The position numbers and the translations under genes are program-made. Positions 26,336-39,484 of a DNA stretch of 64,000 nucleotides are shown in pieces. A model generated the notes under the pieces. The model had not been told where the DNA came from and made no database searches. It worked only from the letters and a program-made list of their open reading frames with translations. The stretch covers positions 23,663,033 to 23,727,032 of the forward strand of contig NC_081360.1 in assembly GCF_030684315.1 (NCBI RefSeq), in the 5' to 3' direction. Each line of letters opens with the position of its first letter. The first letter of the stretch is position 1. The DNA comes from Stegostoma tigrinum. Taxonomy: Eukaryota.

Positions 26336-27289
26336 AGGAAGAGACAATCTGATAAGATCATGCCTGATCTTGACCTGTAGTCAGTCCAGGGTTGATGGGG
26401 GAATTTGTTCAGAGTGTCAACCGTGCTATGGCTCATGACTGGGGCTTGGTCCGGAGGTGTTGTAAAGTGGAAAGAAGTGGGATAGAGACATGTTGCAGAT
26501 GGCAGGGTGGTACTTGAAAGCTGTAGATTTGGGAGAGTACATCTGGGAGGGATTTTCTCAGCAATCACTTGGGAAGACAACCTCTCTGTTGATCTGGACT
26601 GCCAGGAGCATAACCTCTAACAAAGCATTGCTAATCCTTGTGTCCAACTAATATTGCTCTGTGACATCCCAGGAGCTGCCAACAGAGGTTTCATTGTAGC
26701 TCTAGGTTTGCCAATGAGCCAGGAGGTGCCAAACTAGCCTTTCAGGATACCATCAGAATCTCCAACTCAGAAAGGTCCCAGCAGGAGTCATAATGTCCCG
26801 CCTGCCAGGAACACATGCTTCACAATTTCACTTGCACTCCAATTTGCTTGTGTACAATGTGAGTGGAGAATTACAAAGCCGCTTGAAAAAGGATGCCAAG
26901 AGCTATGATGGAAGTGAAGCTTGTTATGTGAGTTAGTTGTTCTGAAAGAGCTCCTGTTGAAGCTGTTCGCCAAAGCTTTTGAGATCACACAATCCTTGGG
27001 AGGAGAATCAAGCACATTGTAGCAGACCATGAAGGAGTTTTCCTGGGAATTGAAGATTTTTACTGGGTAACTCTTCAGCACCTGGAACCCACTGAAAGTC
27101 TTTATACAAAGCGAAGAATTCGGAGGGGTTTCCAATGAAATTAAGTAAGGTAGTTATTCAGGGAAAATTAGGCTATTAAGTGGTTTAACTCCAAGTTAAA
27201 CATTCAACTGACCATATACTTACCTCACACAAACCCCAATAACATCACATCAGATAATTTACAGCACCCAAACCTGACTCCCCTTCATC

Positions 27290-27610
27290 TGATGATGGGT
27301 CTAGGCCCGAAACATCAGCTTTTCTGCTCCTAAGATGCTGCTTGGCCTGCTGTGCTCATCCAGCTCTATACTTTCAGAGATAATGGGAACTGCAGATGCT
27401 GGAGAATTCCAAGATAATAAAATGTGAGGCTGGATGAACACAGCAGGCCAAGCAGCATGTCAGGAGCACAAAAGCTGACGTTTCGGGCCAAGACCATTCA
27501 TCAGAGATGCTGCTTGGCCTGCTGTGTTCATCCAGCCTCACATTTTATTATCTTGCAGCTCTATACTTTGTTATCTCGATTCTCCAGCATCTGCAGTTCC
27601 CATTATCTCT
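27290..27610. mobile_element. Nested short Penelope-derived end elements (foldback)
   Basis: Same sequence as the Penelope terminus at 62463-62590. Inner insertion 27375-27555 is flanked by cagctctatacttt twice; outer element is flanked by ctccccttcatc twice. Confidence 0.8.
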
Positions 27611-27919
27611 CTCCCCTTCATCCACACTGGACCTGGTGCCACTTCCCCCATTCTGGAACATTCCCCACACCTTCACCGCATGAGGGATGCCTGGATCCTT
27701 CACCCTTTCACCACCCTACTCCCTACTTACCTGGCATCCTATCTTCCTACTCCCTTGCACCCTAACCTCACACTTAGCTGATGTAGTTACCATCTGACAA
27801 CAACAGTCAAAATGGCTGTCTGTGGCTCTCAATCTTTCAGTCCCAACATAAGGCAGCTGACATGCTATGAGAAGGGGAGGGTGTAGTTTATCTTCCTCTG
27901 ATGACTCTGCACCATCAGA

Positions 27920-28130
27920 GGAACAAGAACAGAAGTTGCTGGAAAAGCTCAGCATATCTGGCAGTATCTGCGAAGAAAAAAAAAATCACAGTTAATGTTT
28001 CCAGTGCTTTCCAGACCTTTCTCCAAAACGTTAACTCTGATTTTTTCTTCACAGATGCCTCAGGACCTGCTGAGCTTTTCCAGCAGCTTCTGCTTTAGTT
28101 CCTGATTTGCAACATCTGTCGTTCTTTAGG
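27920..28130. mobile_element. Short palindromic Penelope-end-like element
   Basis: cagaagttgctggaaaagctcagc ... gctgagcttttccagcagcttctg inverted arms. Confidence 0.65.
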
Positions 28131-28499
28131 TTTTATTGTGTGCTATGAGACAACTGCCAAAATGGAAGTATGACTCCACATTTCTGAAGCGTCCCTGATC
28201 AAAATCCCCTGTCAGAAATTCCGAACTCTCTCCTTTGATAAAAATGAAGTGAGATTGCAACTCCTTGGAAAATTCAACCTGTTGACTCTGGCTCCTGACA
28301 GTCTTAAGTAATTATGTCCAACTAATCAATGTAGCTTGTACACATGGCATTCATGTGATGACTACTTTGTTATATTAAACAAATGCTGCTCCTTGTTAAG
28401 ACTCATCAGGAGGAATGGTGACAGCATTGCACCTCAACCACCCAGATCTCAATAAGGGAAGGTCTTCTAAGATAAACGATGCCAAAATTAAACTCCAAA

Positions 28500-29810
28500 A
28501 TGGAAAATTCTGGCCGTAATTTCCATGCTTGGAAATGTCACGACGCTGGTCACTTTGGTTACATTTCATTTCAATAAAAGTTTAGAAATAGCAGGCAATT
28601 GGCAAATGAGCTTCATATGTGTAAGTGTGAGGCAATATAATTTCAAAGAAAAATGAGCAGGTCAAATACTCCTTGGAAAATGGCAATGTCTGAATCGGTG
28701 GGGGTGGGGATGTGCTGATGGCAGGTTGAGACCTTTCTGGATAGATCCACAAATCACTAAAATGAAAGTTGATAAGGCCACCAAAAAATCAAATTATGTG
28801 CTTGGCTCATTATTTGGAGGAATAGAACTGTGTTACAGAGAAGTTATGTTAAACTTGTCTCAAACATTAGTGAGAATACTCCTGGCGCATTTTGCATAGG
28901 ACTGATGTCTATATTGCAAAAATAATACAAAATCACTTCGAAGGTTGGTAAAACATTCACCAGAATGATTAAAGTGTAATAGAGCCATAGAGATGTACAG
29001 CATGGAAACCGATACTTGGTCCAACTCGTCTATTTATCCTAAATTAATCTAGTCCTATTTGCCACTATTTGGCCTATATCCCTCTAAACCCTTCCTTTTC
29101 ATGTACCCATCCAGATTCCTTTAAAATTTTGTACTTGTACCAGGCTCCAACATTTCCTCTGGCATCTTGTGCCATAAACGCACCTCCCTCTATGTGAAAG
29201 CGTTGCCCCTCAGGTCCTTCTTAAATCTTTCTCCTTCACCTTAAACATATGCCCTCTAGTTTTGAACTCCCTTAACCTGGGAAAAGACCTTGGCTACTCA
29301 CCCTATCCGTGCCACTCATAATTTTGAAAAACCTCTATAAGGTCACCCCTCAGCCTCCGATGCTCCAGCAAAAATAGCCCCAGCCTATTCAGCCTCTCCC
29401 TATGGATCAAACCCTCCAACTCTGTAGAACATAATAAAGTAGAACTGAGAGGTTAAACCTATCAGGAAAGACTGAAAAGGCAGGGAACCAAGTGAAGATT
29501 GAAGCCTTTAAAATCATGAAAATTTTTGGAGGTTAATCTGGAGAAAATATTCCCACTTGTGGGTGAGACCAAAACTATGGATCATAAGCATAAGCATACC
29601 AATAAAACTATTAGGGAGAAACATCATTGCCCAGAACATAATAAGTATATGTAACCAGCTACCACAAGAAGTGCTTAAGATGAATTGCATAGTTGTGTGC
29701 AAGAAGAAACCATATAAGTACATGTGGGGAACTAAATGGCAGGATATGCTGATGTGAAGAGAGTTACACGGAACCGAAATACTGAATGGATCAATTGGGT
29801 GATCTGTTGT
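28500..29810 (+). mobile_element. Old CR1 fragment interrupted by a younger inverted CR1 3' end (~28980-29420, minus strand)
   Basis: Decayed CR1 ORF2 C-terminus on +; the inner segment is the reverse complement of the family at 1670-2104. Confidence 0.75.
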
Positions 29811-30899
29811 CTCCAAAGTCAGAAATCACACAACATGAGGTTACAGTCCAATAGGTTTATTTGAAAACACAAGCTTTCGGAGCATCTCTCCTCCTTCAGG
29901 TGTTAATGAGAGAGGGAGTATCCGACACAGAATTTATAAGTAAAAGATCAAAGGCCCACACCATTGATGAGGATGTACTAAACAAACCTTTGAAAGGAAT
30001 TTGGGGATTTACATAAACATATTAATCAATTAAAACCTTCTGATAGATTAAAGATTTAATAACATCTTAGGTTTGTTTAGTTGTGACCAGTCCACCCCTG
30101 TCCGACACTCGCATCTCCACATCACTGTTGTCCCCATACGTCTTCATCAACCACTAGGGGGAGGTGGTGTCCTTGTCTATTACCATTAGACTATTAATCC
30201 AGAGACCCTGTATTGGTCAGACTAGGATTAGGCAGTACAGTTCATGTAACACTTTTCAATAATATAGCATTAGGATTACAGCCTGTTATATCTGTGCACA
30301 CCAGGTAATGTGTTATTTAGTCTTAATATGTTAAAAACTGCATTATAAATAGTTCCTAAGCCTGAAGATAGCTCTTGGTGTCGCTTTCTCCTCAACTTGT
30401 CCACACTGAGCCCAAACTCATTGAAGTGGGATAATACCTGTAAGATGGTGCAGTGATTCCATCATTTAGACAATTATGGCAGCAGTGAAGATTGAAGCAA
30501 ACCTGATATCATTTGGAGAAGGGAATAACTCAATGATAACTTTTTTAAAAATGTCACTAGTATAGTTTTAAGAACAGCTAGCAACCTGAAAAGTGGCAGA
30601 GCTGAGCATCTGCTGTGAGGGAATGAACCGAAAGAGAAATTTGCTGCAGAGAAACCATTTACAGTCGTAAATTTGAACACTAGCCTTTTTACAACCAGTA
30701 ATGGGTGAAACAAACTGTTTAAAAGCAGTGAGATGAGTAAAAACTCCACTAGAAGTTAAGGTGATATCTCTGGACTGAACACCCACTGATAAAGGTCTAT
30801 TAGTCAACTGCCGAAGCAGATTTGACCTATTAAGGGATGGCATAAATAACGTTTCATTTCCACCCAAAAACCTAGGCAAAGTTCAGACTTTCAACAATT

Positions 30900-32520
30900 A
30901 TTTAACAATTTCTAAACTATTTACCTAACAACAAAGTTAACAAGAAAGCTAAGAAAATTCTTCAAAAATAGGCATCAAGTAAATTGATGGAAAAAAATCT
31001 AGATTTAGAATCGTTTGCTGCAAATCAATGTTTCAGAATCGTAACACTGAAGTTAGTTAAAATCTAAAATAAAACAAGGAACTGCAGATGCTAGAGAGCT
31101 GAAACATACCAATGCAGAAATTGTTGGGCAAACTCAGCAGGTCTGATACCATCTTTGGAGGGATCAGAGTTAATATTTCACAGCTTGTGACCCTTCTTTG
31201 GAACCTTTACTATTTTGATAGATTTAAGCTACAAACACAAGCTTTATTGAGGGACTAACATTGTTTTTAACAACGTTCAGCAGCAAATTGAAATACAGTA
31301 AAAGAGTGCCAAAATGATCACATGGTGTTGAATTCAGTGTAAAACTATCTTTAAGTACACTAAAACCTGGCCAAAATTGCATCAAGCCAGCCATCTTTTA
31401 TACAATCAAAAATCATTGAGTCTTTATTGATTGAAGCCATTTTGAGAAAGTTTCTACCCATTGATCTTTTGGAAATCGTTCACTATCTTGGGAAAGGAAT
31501 ATTTTCATTTATCTCTCTGAAGACACCATATTGACATCAAAGCCATCAAATGAAAACTGAACTTTACAGTGAAACAGAATTTAAAACAGTAGGAACTTTT
31601 AGCAAATTCTGTTTTAATACTGCATTAACAATATTTACGAAGATTCAACAAAAACTTTAATCTGCTAATTTACATGGCAACAAAATGAGTGTTGTACAAG
31701 CACATCCCAATCCTAACAATCATCATTCCATCAATAAAATAATCAGCAACTTCAAATACCTTTCAATAAACAAACAAAGCAACAAAATTCCCCTGTACCA
31801 ATCTTTATAACAGAAAAAAAACTGAAGTTTCTGATCTATTTCATAGATCTACTCATTGGCAAATGTGGAAAGCACATCTCCTAAACTTTTGGACGGATCT
31901 TAACTTAAATGCAGAAGTCATATGTTACAGAAACAACAGACTGTTGAGGAATAAATTACTTTTGACTTCCTTTTGACAGGTTTTGATCAATATTTCATTT
32001 GAAGAACAAATTGGATGCTGCTGAGATCATGCTTCAGTAGCAGATAATAATAGCTAGGAGTGTCTCTTAACTTCATTAATGATGTATATATACGAGTAAA
32101 CATTGCAGCATGGATACCGCTTGAGCTCATGTGTGGCAATATTTTCATTGGTGTCTTAGATAAATTAGTAATTGAACTTCTTTAGTCAAAAGAGGACCTA
32201 ACTCCAGAAAGAACAATCAAAACGGCAGTGGGTGCAGAGTCTGGAAGAATCTTCAAGGAAAATTGTACAGTAAAACTTCAAGTTGACACAAAACATACAT
32301 ACAACACAACGTAGCGTGATGGCTGCTAAAAGCACACTAGAGCATTCAACCAGAGGAAAATGTTGTCTTCCGAACATTATACTGCATATGACAGCATTTA
32401 CATAAAGTCCTAAGCAATCTACTGCTATAGTGTCTTGCTACAGGTTTGGTTCTAAAATGTCACATCAATGATGACAAAAGTATGCAGCCATACACCAGCA
32501 ATATACTCATTAGAGGAAAA
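30900..32520 (+). mobile_element. Possible highly decayed hAT-type transposase remnant
   Basis: AT-rich coding-like stretch with broken motifs resembling D-A-A-x-x-M...GV (~32015-32065) and HC..HRLEL (~32100-32130). No intact ORF; tentative. Confidence 0.3.
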
Positions 32521-32571
32521 GTGATCATGTCTTAAAGATGTGAAGAACATAGCAAGCATCAAATCAGAGAT

Positions 32572-35212
32572 CATAGATAATGGGAACTGCAGATGCTGGA
32601 GAAGCTGAGGTAACAAAGTGTGGAGCTGGATGAAAACAGCAGGCCAAGCAACATCTTAGGAGTGCAAAAGCTGACGTTTCGGGCTGAGACCCTTCATCAG
32701 AGAGGGGGATGGGGAGAGGATTCTGAAATAAATACGGAGAGAGGGGGAGGCGGAGCAAAGAAGGATAGAGGAGAAGGTAGGTGGAGAGGAGAGTATAGGT
32801 GGGGAGGTAGGGAGGGGATAGGTCAGTCCGGGGAGGACGGACAGGTCACGGAGGCGGGATGAGGTTAGTAGGTAGGAAATGGAGGTGCGGTTGAGGTGGG
32901 AGAAGTGGATAGGTGAGAAGAAGAACAGGTTAGGGAGGCGGGGACGAGCTGGGCTGGTTTTCAGATGCAGTAGGGGGAGAGGAGATTTGAAGCTTGTGAA
33001 ATCCACATTGATACCATTGGCTGCAGGGTTCTCAAGTGGAATACGAGTTGCTGTTCCTGCAACCTTCGGGTGGCATCATTGTGGCACTGCAGGAGGCCCA
33101 GGAAGGACATGTCGTCTAAGGAATGGGAGGGGGAGTTCAAATGGTTTGCGACTGGGAGGTGCAGTTGTATATTGCGAAACAAGCGTAGGTGTTCTGCAAA
33201 GCGGACCCCAAGCCTCCAGTTGGTTCGTCCAATGTCCCGCAGACCCGACCAGTCCCCATGCACCGACACCCTCATCCGCCTAGACGAACTCGTCCTCACC
33301 CTCAACAACTTCTCTTTAGACTCCTCCCACTTCCTACAGACTAAGGGGGTGGCCATGGGTACCTGCATGGGCCCAAGCTATGCCTGCCTCTTTGTAGGTT
33401 ACGTGGAACAGTCCCTCTTCCGCACCTACACTGGCCCTAAACCCTACCTCTTCCTCCGTTACATTGATGATTGTAACGGCACCACCTCATGCTCCCAAGA
33501 GGAGCTCGAACAGTTCATTCATTTTACCAACACCTTCCACCCCAACCTCAAGTTCACCTGTACCATCTCCAACACATCCCTCCCCTTCCTGACCTCTCTG
33601 TCTCCATCTCAGGCAACCACCTAGAAACTAATGTCCATTTCAAGCCCACCGACTCCCACAGCTACCTAGAACAGGTAGGCATGGTGGCTCAGTGATTAGC
33701 ACTGCAGCCTCACAGCACCAGAGACCCAGGTTCAATTCCAGCCTCGGGCAACTATCTGAGTGGAATTTGCACATTCTCCCCGTGTCTGCGTGGGTTTCCT
33801 CCGGGTGCTCCGGTTTCCTCCCACAGTCCAAAGATGTGCCGGCTAGATGGATTGGCCATGCTAAATTGACCATAGCGTTCAGGGGTGTGTGGGTTATAGG
33901 GGGATGGGTCTGGGTGGGATGTTTCAAGGAATGGCGTGGACTTGTTGGGACAAAGGGCCTGTTTCCACACTGTAGGGAATCTAATACACCTCCTCCCACC
34001 CACCTTCCTGCAAAAATTCCATCCCCTATTCCCAAATCCCAAGCCTCCGCCACGTCTGCTCCCTGGATGAGGTATTCCACTTCTGTACATCCCAGATGCC
34101 CTCGTTCTTCAAGGACCGCAACTCCCCCCCTGCAGTGGTCGAGAACGCCCTCAACCGTGTCTCCCGCATTTCCTGTAACATATCCCTCACACCCCGTCCC
34201 TGCAATAACTGCCAGAGGAGAATCCCCCTCGTCCTCACATATCACCCACCAACCTCCGGGTACAATGCATCATCCTCCGACACCTCCGCCATCTACAATC
34301 CGACCCCACCACTAAAGACATTTTTCCATCCCCACCCCTGTCTGCTTTCCGGAGAGACCACTCTCTCTGTGACTCCCTTGTACACTCCACACTCCCCTCC
34401 AACCCCACCACACCCAGCACCTTCCCCTGCAACCGCAAGAAGTGCTACACTTGCCCCCACACCTCCTCCCTCACCCCTATCCCAGGCCCCAAGAAGACTT
34501 TCCACATCAAGCAGATGTTCACCTGCACATCTGCCAATGTGGTATACTGCATCCGCTGTACCCATTGTGGTTTCCTCTACATTGGGGAAACCAAGCGGAG
34601 GCTTGGGGACCACTTTGTAGAACACCTACGCTTGGTTCACAATAAACAAGTGCACCTCCCAGTCGCGAACCATTTTAACTCTCCCTCCCATTCCTCAGAC
34701 GACATGTCCTTCCTGGGAGTCCTGCTGTGCCACAATGATGCCACCCGAAGGTTGTAGGAACAGCAACTCATATTCCGCTTGGGAACCCTGCAGCCCAATG
34801 GTATCAATGTGGATTTCTCAAGCTTCAAAATCTCCCCTAACCCCACTGCATCCCAAAACCTGCCCAGCTCGTCCCCACCTCCCTAACCGGTTCTTCCTCT
34901 CACTTATCCTCTCCACCCACCTCAACTGCACCTCCATTTCCTATCTACTAACCTCATCCCACCTCCTTGACCTGTCCGTCCTCCCCGGACTGACCTGTCC
35001 CCTCCCTACCTACTCTCCTTTTATACTCTCCTCTCCACCTATCTTCTCCTCTATCCACCTTTGGCCCGCCTCTCCCTCTGTCCCTATTTATTTCAGAACC
35101 CTCTCCTAATCCCTCTTTTCTGATGAAGGGTCTAGGTCTGAAAAACATCAGCTTTTCTGCTCCTGGGATGCTGCTTGATTTGCTGTGTTCATCCAGCTCC
35201 ACACTTTGTTAT
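32572..35212 (+). mobile_element. Penelope-like retroelement (RT + GIY-YIG), with an inverted copy of its 3' part at the 5' end
   Basis: ORF 33070-33624 has RT motifs QTKGVAMGTCMGPSYACLF and LRYIDD. ORF 34515-34757 has GIY-YIG NVVYCIRC..CGFLYIGETKRRL...F.EH. 32572-~33232 is the reverse complement of ~34575-35210. 14-bp TSD atcaaatcagagat at 32558-32571 and 35213-35226. Confidence 0.92.
33673..33983 (+). mobile_element. tRNA-derived SINE (HE1-like) inserted in the Penelope ORF
   Basis: ggcatggtggctcagtgattagcactgc...ggttcaattcc...cctgtttccacactgtagggaatctaa interrupts the HSYLE|YTSSHP coding sequence. Confidence 0.9.
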
Positions 35213-35220
35213 ATCAAATC

Positions 35221-35373
35221 AGAGATAGTAGGAACTGCAGATGCTGGAGAATCTGAGGCAACAAGGTGTAGAACTGGATGAATACAAAGGGCCTAGGTCC
35301 AAAACGCCAGCCTTCCTGCTCCTCTGATGCTGCTTGTCCTGCTGTGTTCATCCAGCTCTACACCTTGTTGTCT
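35221..35373. mobile_element. Short foldback Penelope-end element
   Basis: Inverted arms caaggtgtagaactggatgaa / ttcatccagctctacaccttg; 13-bp duplication aagcatcaaatca at 32554-32566 and 35374-35386. Confidence 0.75.
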
Positions 35374-36774
35374 AAGCATCAAATCAATTAGCTCCCAGGC
35401 CAACATGTGCGTTCATGTCTTGGAACAAAAAACCTGACAAACATATCAGTGCTGCAAGGAGACAAGTTTCTTTCTGTGAAAAACAACTACTCATGAGCAA
35501 ATTTTATCACCCTTTTCTCACCCAGAACCAATCTAAATTCTGCGTGCATTCCTGCAGTGACATGAACTCATATCCCTTCACAAGTACTGCTGACCAAATG
35601 GAAGAGAAAAACAATCTCTCCCACTTTCCCTCAAGAGTTTCCTTGGCTTTCCATAGATTTTCCTGCATCACCTTCCAACAACAGCAAAATCAAATCAAAG
35701 ACATGGAGATGTATAGGAGATATCTGAAGAAGGGTCCAGGCCTGAAACATTAGCTTTCTTGCTCCTTTGATGCTGCTTGACCTGCTATTTTCATCCAGCT
35801 CTGCACCTTGTTATCTATAAGAAAAAAAAGTTCATTAAATGTGTTAAAAGAAGTAATCAAGAGAGCTAATTTGAGAATGAATATAAATATTAATCAATGT
35901 TTGTCACAGGTGCAAAGAATCACGAGGAGGGGTGTTGGTAAAGGCATTTAGGACCTTTCAGCAACCTTCCAATGATGTCATAGAGTTGCAGCTCATGGGG
36001 TATAAATAGCACACTGTGGGCAGAGATTTGCAGATGTACCTTACTGTATGTAAATAGCAAAGCTTAGACAGAGTCAGGCAGATACACTTGCACATGCATA
36101 TGGACACATGAAGAAGAGAGAAATACATGCAGAGTGGTGAAAGCCTGACATTCTACACTTTGCTGTGGTTTTGGATCATTGTCCCTTTCCTGGTAAAGAA
36201 CCACTGGTTTCCAGTAAATGATTGTGTGAACAGGTTTCCTGGGAGATAAATGATCATGATGAAGGAGTTTAACACTGGCAAATTAAAGGGCTGTTTTTGG
36301 GCTCAAGGAATTGAGTTTTAAAGTTTAGAACAAGCTGGGTAAAAGAAACTTCTTCCAGAAAAGAATCATTGAAGTTCTGGGTGTTGATTAAAAGAAGTAA
36401 AACACTTGTTAGCTGAATTACGTGATCAGCGAAGAGAATGTTAGATGCAAAATTCTAGTGTTAAGGAATATTGGAATCAGAAGAATTCTGATCAGAGGTG
36501 ACTACATTTACGTTGCCAGCGATGTCTGTATTGAACAGGGAAGTTACAAATTTAGGATGGTTTGAGGAGTACTGAAGAAAATGACCGAAGACTCAAAACA
36601 TTGCAACTATCATATAAATCTCTGAATCAATGTATAGACCAATTTTTAGACCAACGCCTGATTTAAAAATTTTGGAATGCAAGCCTAATGGTTCTGGAAG
36701 CAATATGGAATTAAGGCATTTGACTTGGACAACAGTAATTGTATTGATTTATATTTTTATTATCTTTAATATAA

Positions 36775-37110
36775 ATCATACAGTCATAGAGATCTGCAGC
36801 AGAGAAACAAGACATTTGATGCATCAAGTCTATACTCATCCCATTTTCCAGCATTTAGCCCAGAGACTTGCATGCCTGGACATCACAAGTGCATATCTAC
36901 ATATTTCTTAAATATTTTCAGGGTTTCTGCCTCTACCACTCTGACAGGCAATGAACTTCAGATTCTCATAACCCTCTAGGTGAAGAGGTTTTTTTCTCAC
37001 GTCACCTCTAAATCTTCTGCATCTTAACTTAAATCTATGCACTACACAAGCCCCCCCCCACCTCAGACATTACTCACTCTATCAAAAGGAAATGTTTCTT
37101 CCAGTATACA
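36775..37110 (-). mobile_element. CR1 LINE 3' fragment
   Basis: atcatacagtcatagagat tail plus decayed CR1 3' sequence. Confidence 0.65.
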
Positions 37111-37139
37111 CCCCAGATTTAAGTAAAATTGCCATAATC

Positions 37140-37340
37140 CTAGTAGACCATAAATCTGCTCTCTCATTAGAGACAGATGACTGCTGGTGATTTACCCTGA
37201 GTGTTGCCATTCCTCAGGCAAAGGGAGAGGTTATGGAAGAGACTCCTGCACGGTAACCTCGGCCAGTGTAGGAATTGAAGCTATGCTGGTGGCTTTACTC
37301 TGCATTGCAAAGCGACCATCCAGCCAACTGAGCTAATCAA
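37140..37340 (-). mobile_element. Second tRNA-headed SINE family (also ~59225-59410 and ~60060-60220)
   Basis: Ends in ggaattgaa...cagccaactgagctaa, the reverse complement of a tRNA A/B-box head; three similar copies in the window. Confidence 0.65.
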
Positions 37341-39484
37341 CCCAATTTAAGAGAAAGCGTCATTGTTAAAATTTATGTTCTTTGATTTTAGTGTAATTAA
37401 AAATCTTTAGGTCAAACCATGGGCTTTGTGGCTCATTCTTTTAGTAAGTACTCAAGTTTTCAGTAGCTAAAAAAGAACTCACGACATTACTGTCCTCCAC
37501 CAAAAATGTGCAATTCTATTTGCAGAACAAGGGAGCTATCCTAGGGTCTAGGCCTATAATTATCGCTCAGTCCGTATCAAAGAATTTGCTGTGACCTGGT
37601 ATAATTAAATTGCTGTTTCTGGGGCTTTTGCAATGAGCAAATTTTCTGCAGTGTTCCCTCTAACAGAGACTACATTTTGAACGAAGTATTTTGTTGAAAT
37701 GTTGTGAAAAACCTGATGCACATATAAGTTTTTTCTTTCTTCGAATTGACAGCCTTAACTTGGGTTGAAGCCCTATTTAAGCAAGTGCATTCCAACCAGC
37801 ATCTGCTAACTGAGGAAATTTCCAACGCTTGATCACTGTTCATCTTTCACTGACACAGGTGAAGAAGGAAGCCAACATTTCACAACCTCAAGTTGTCCCA
37901 AAGCCAACTGCAATTTTTTTGAAGTGGGGTCATTATTGATATGTAGGGAAGCACACTCGCCAACATACATACAGCAAGATCCCACAAACAGCAATGATTA
38001 GATGACCACAGAATCAATTATCTTGCATGAGGGATAAATATTGACCAGCGATTTGTGTCTATCCTCTCTCAAGTCTTTTTCAGCTGCCCTTCCCCCACAA
38101 AACTTGCCAGTGGACCCACCTCGTGAAGTCCGGAAGCAGGAAACCTCAACCACGAAATTCTCCACAACTGTCAACAAGCCCCTGTTCCAAAACAAGCTCC
38201 TGATGTTATTGCTTCACATATGGAACTGAATAGGCTCTGCTGTCATGGATACATTGATGTGATCTCTCAATAGTTTCTTTTACGATTCTGCTTTGTTGCA
38301 TTAAGCCAGTTGGAGCTGGTTGGGATCAGATTGATAGAAATGAAGAGCAAACTCTTCCCCACCCTGGTAGTTGGACTAAAACACGGGGGCAGTCTGGGTT
38401 CAAACCTGGTGCTCGGCCAGTGAAGCCACGCTGATATTAAGAGTTGGTATTCGGGATTGATCACTTCACTGGCTGTTATTGATTCTGGGGTAAGGGATTC
38501 CTCAAGTGTGCAATTATTCTATTGCATTCAGTTCTCCTGGAAAATCATTGGTCTCCCCAGGGCAGGCTGTTGCTAATGGTTTCTGCAGTGGGAATGCTGA
38601 AACATTACTAGCCTAAAGGCAAGCACCAGTAAAACAGTCTCTATCACATTCCATTTTCACAATGCAGCATTAAGGGGGAACTGAATGTCACCAACATAAC
38701 CAGAGTCTGAAGTACATTGCCCTCCCTGTTTATACCTTTGATAGAACCTCATGCACATGTACCACTTCATCAAGAGTTCAGATAAAGTTACAATCTACAA
38801 CTGCCTCCTCAATAAACTGGAAAACACCTCATGGAAATCACAGACCAAGACCCTAAGAGCCTCTGTTCTTCATCATACACGCCATCACATACTCATCTGC
38901 AGAATGCAGAGATGTAGAATGTTCGCACCAACTTCTCAATGTGCAATTCAACTCAACAAAGCACACCCTCACAGGTATTGTTCAAACCTCTTCCAGTTCA
39001 GTGTAAATATCTCCACACCCACCCAGGTCAGTAGGTTACTTGTAACAGGAAGCTATTGGAGAAAGTTTACTGAAACTCATGTCTCCCCTTCTTAATCAAC
39101 GCCCTCCGGAATCCACCAATAGAATGCCATCCCTCATGCCATATGATTAAACCCAGAACTCCGAGGAGGAACAGCAGAGATTCTGTAGCAGGACTGGGAG
39201 GAGAAAGCACGTTCTCATTGTAGACTGCGCTACTCATCCACCTGATTTGGATCCCCCACAGCAAGAGTAGGCCCTTTTAAAACTGATCAAGGTCTCTATA
39301 CAGCCACTCAACACCATCTGAATTGTGAAGACCATTCAGGCTGCTGTAGTGCAGTTTACCCCCTTACTCACATTGTAGAGGAACATCTCCTGATTAAACC
39401 TGAAGTCAAGCTAAAAGAAATGGTGAGGTTGTTGTTTGGCACAGCATTAGTGCAACAGAGGAAAAGGATCGAGAAGGTTCCATT

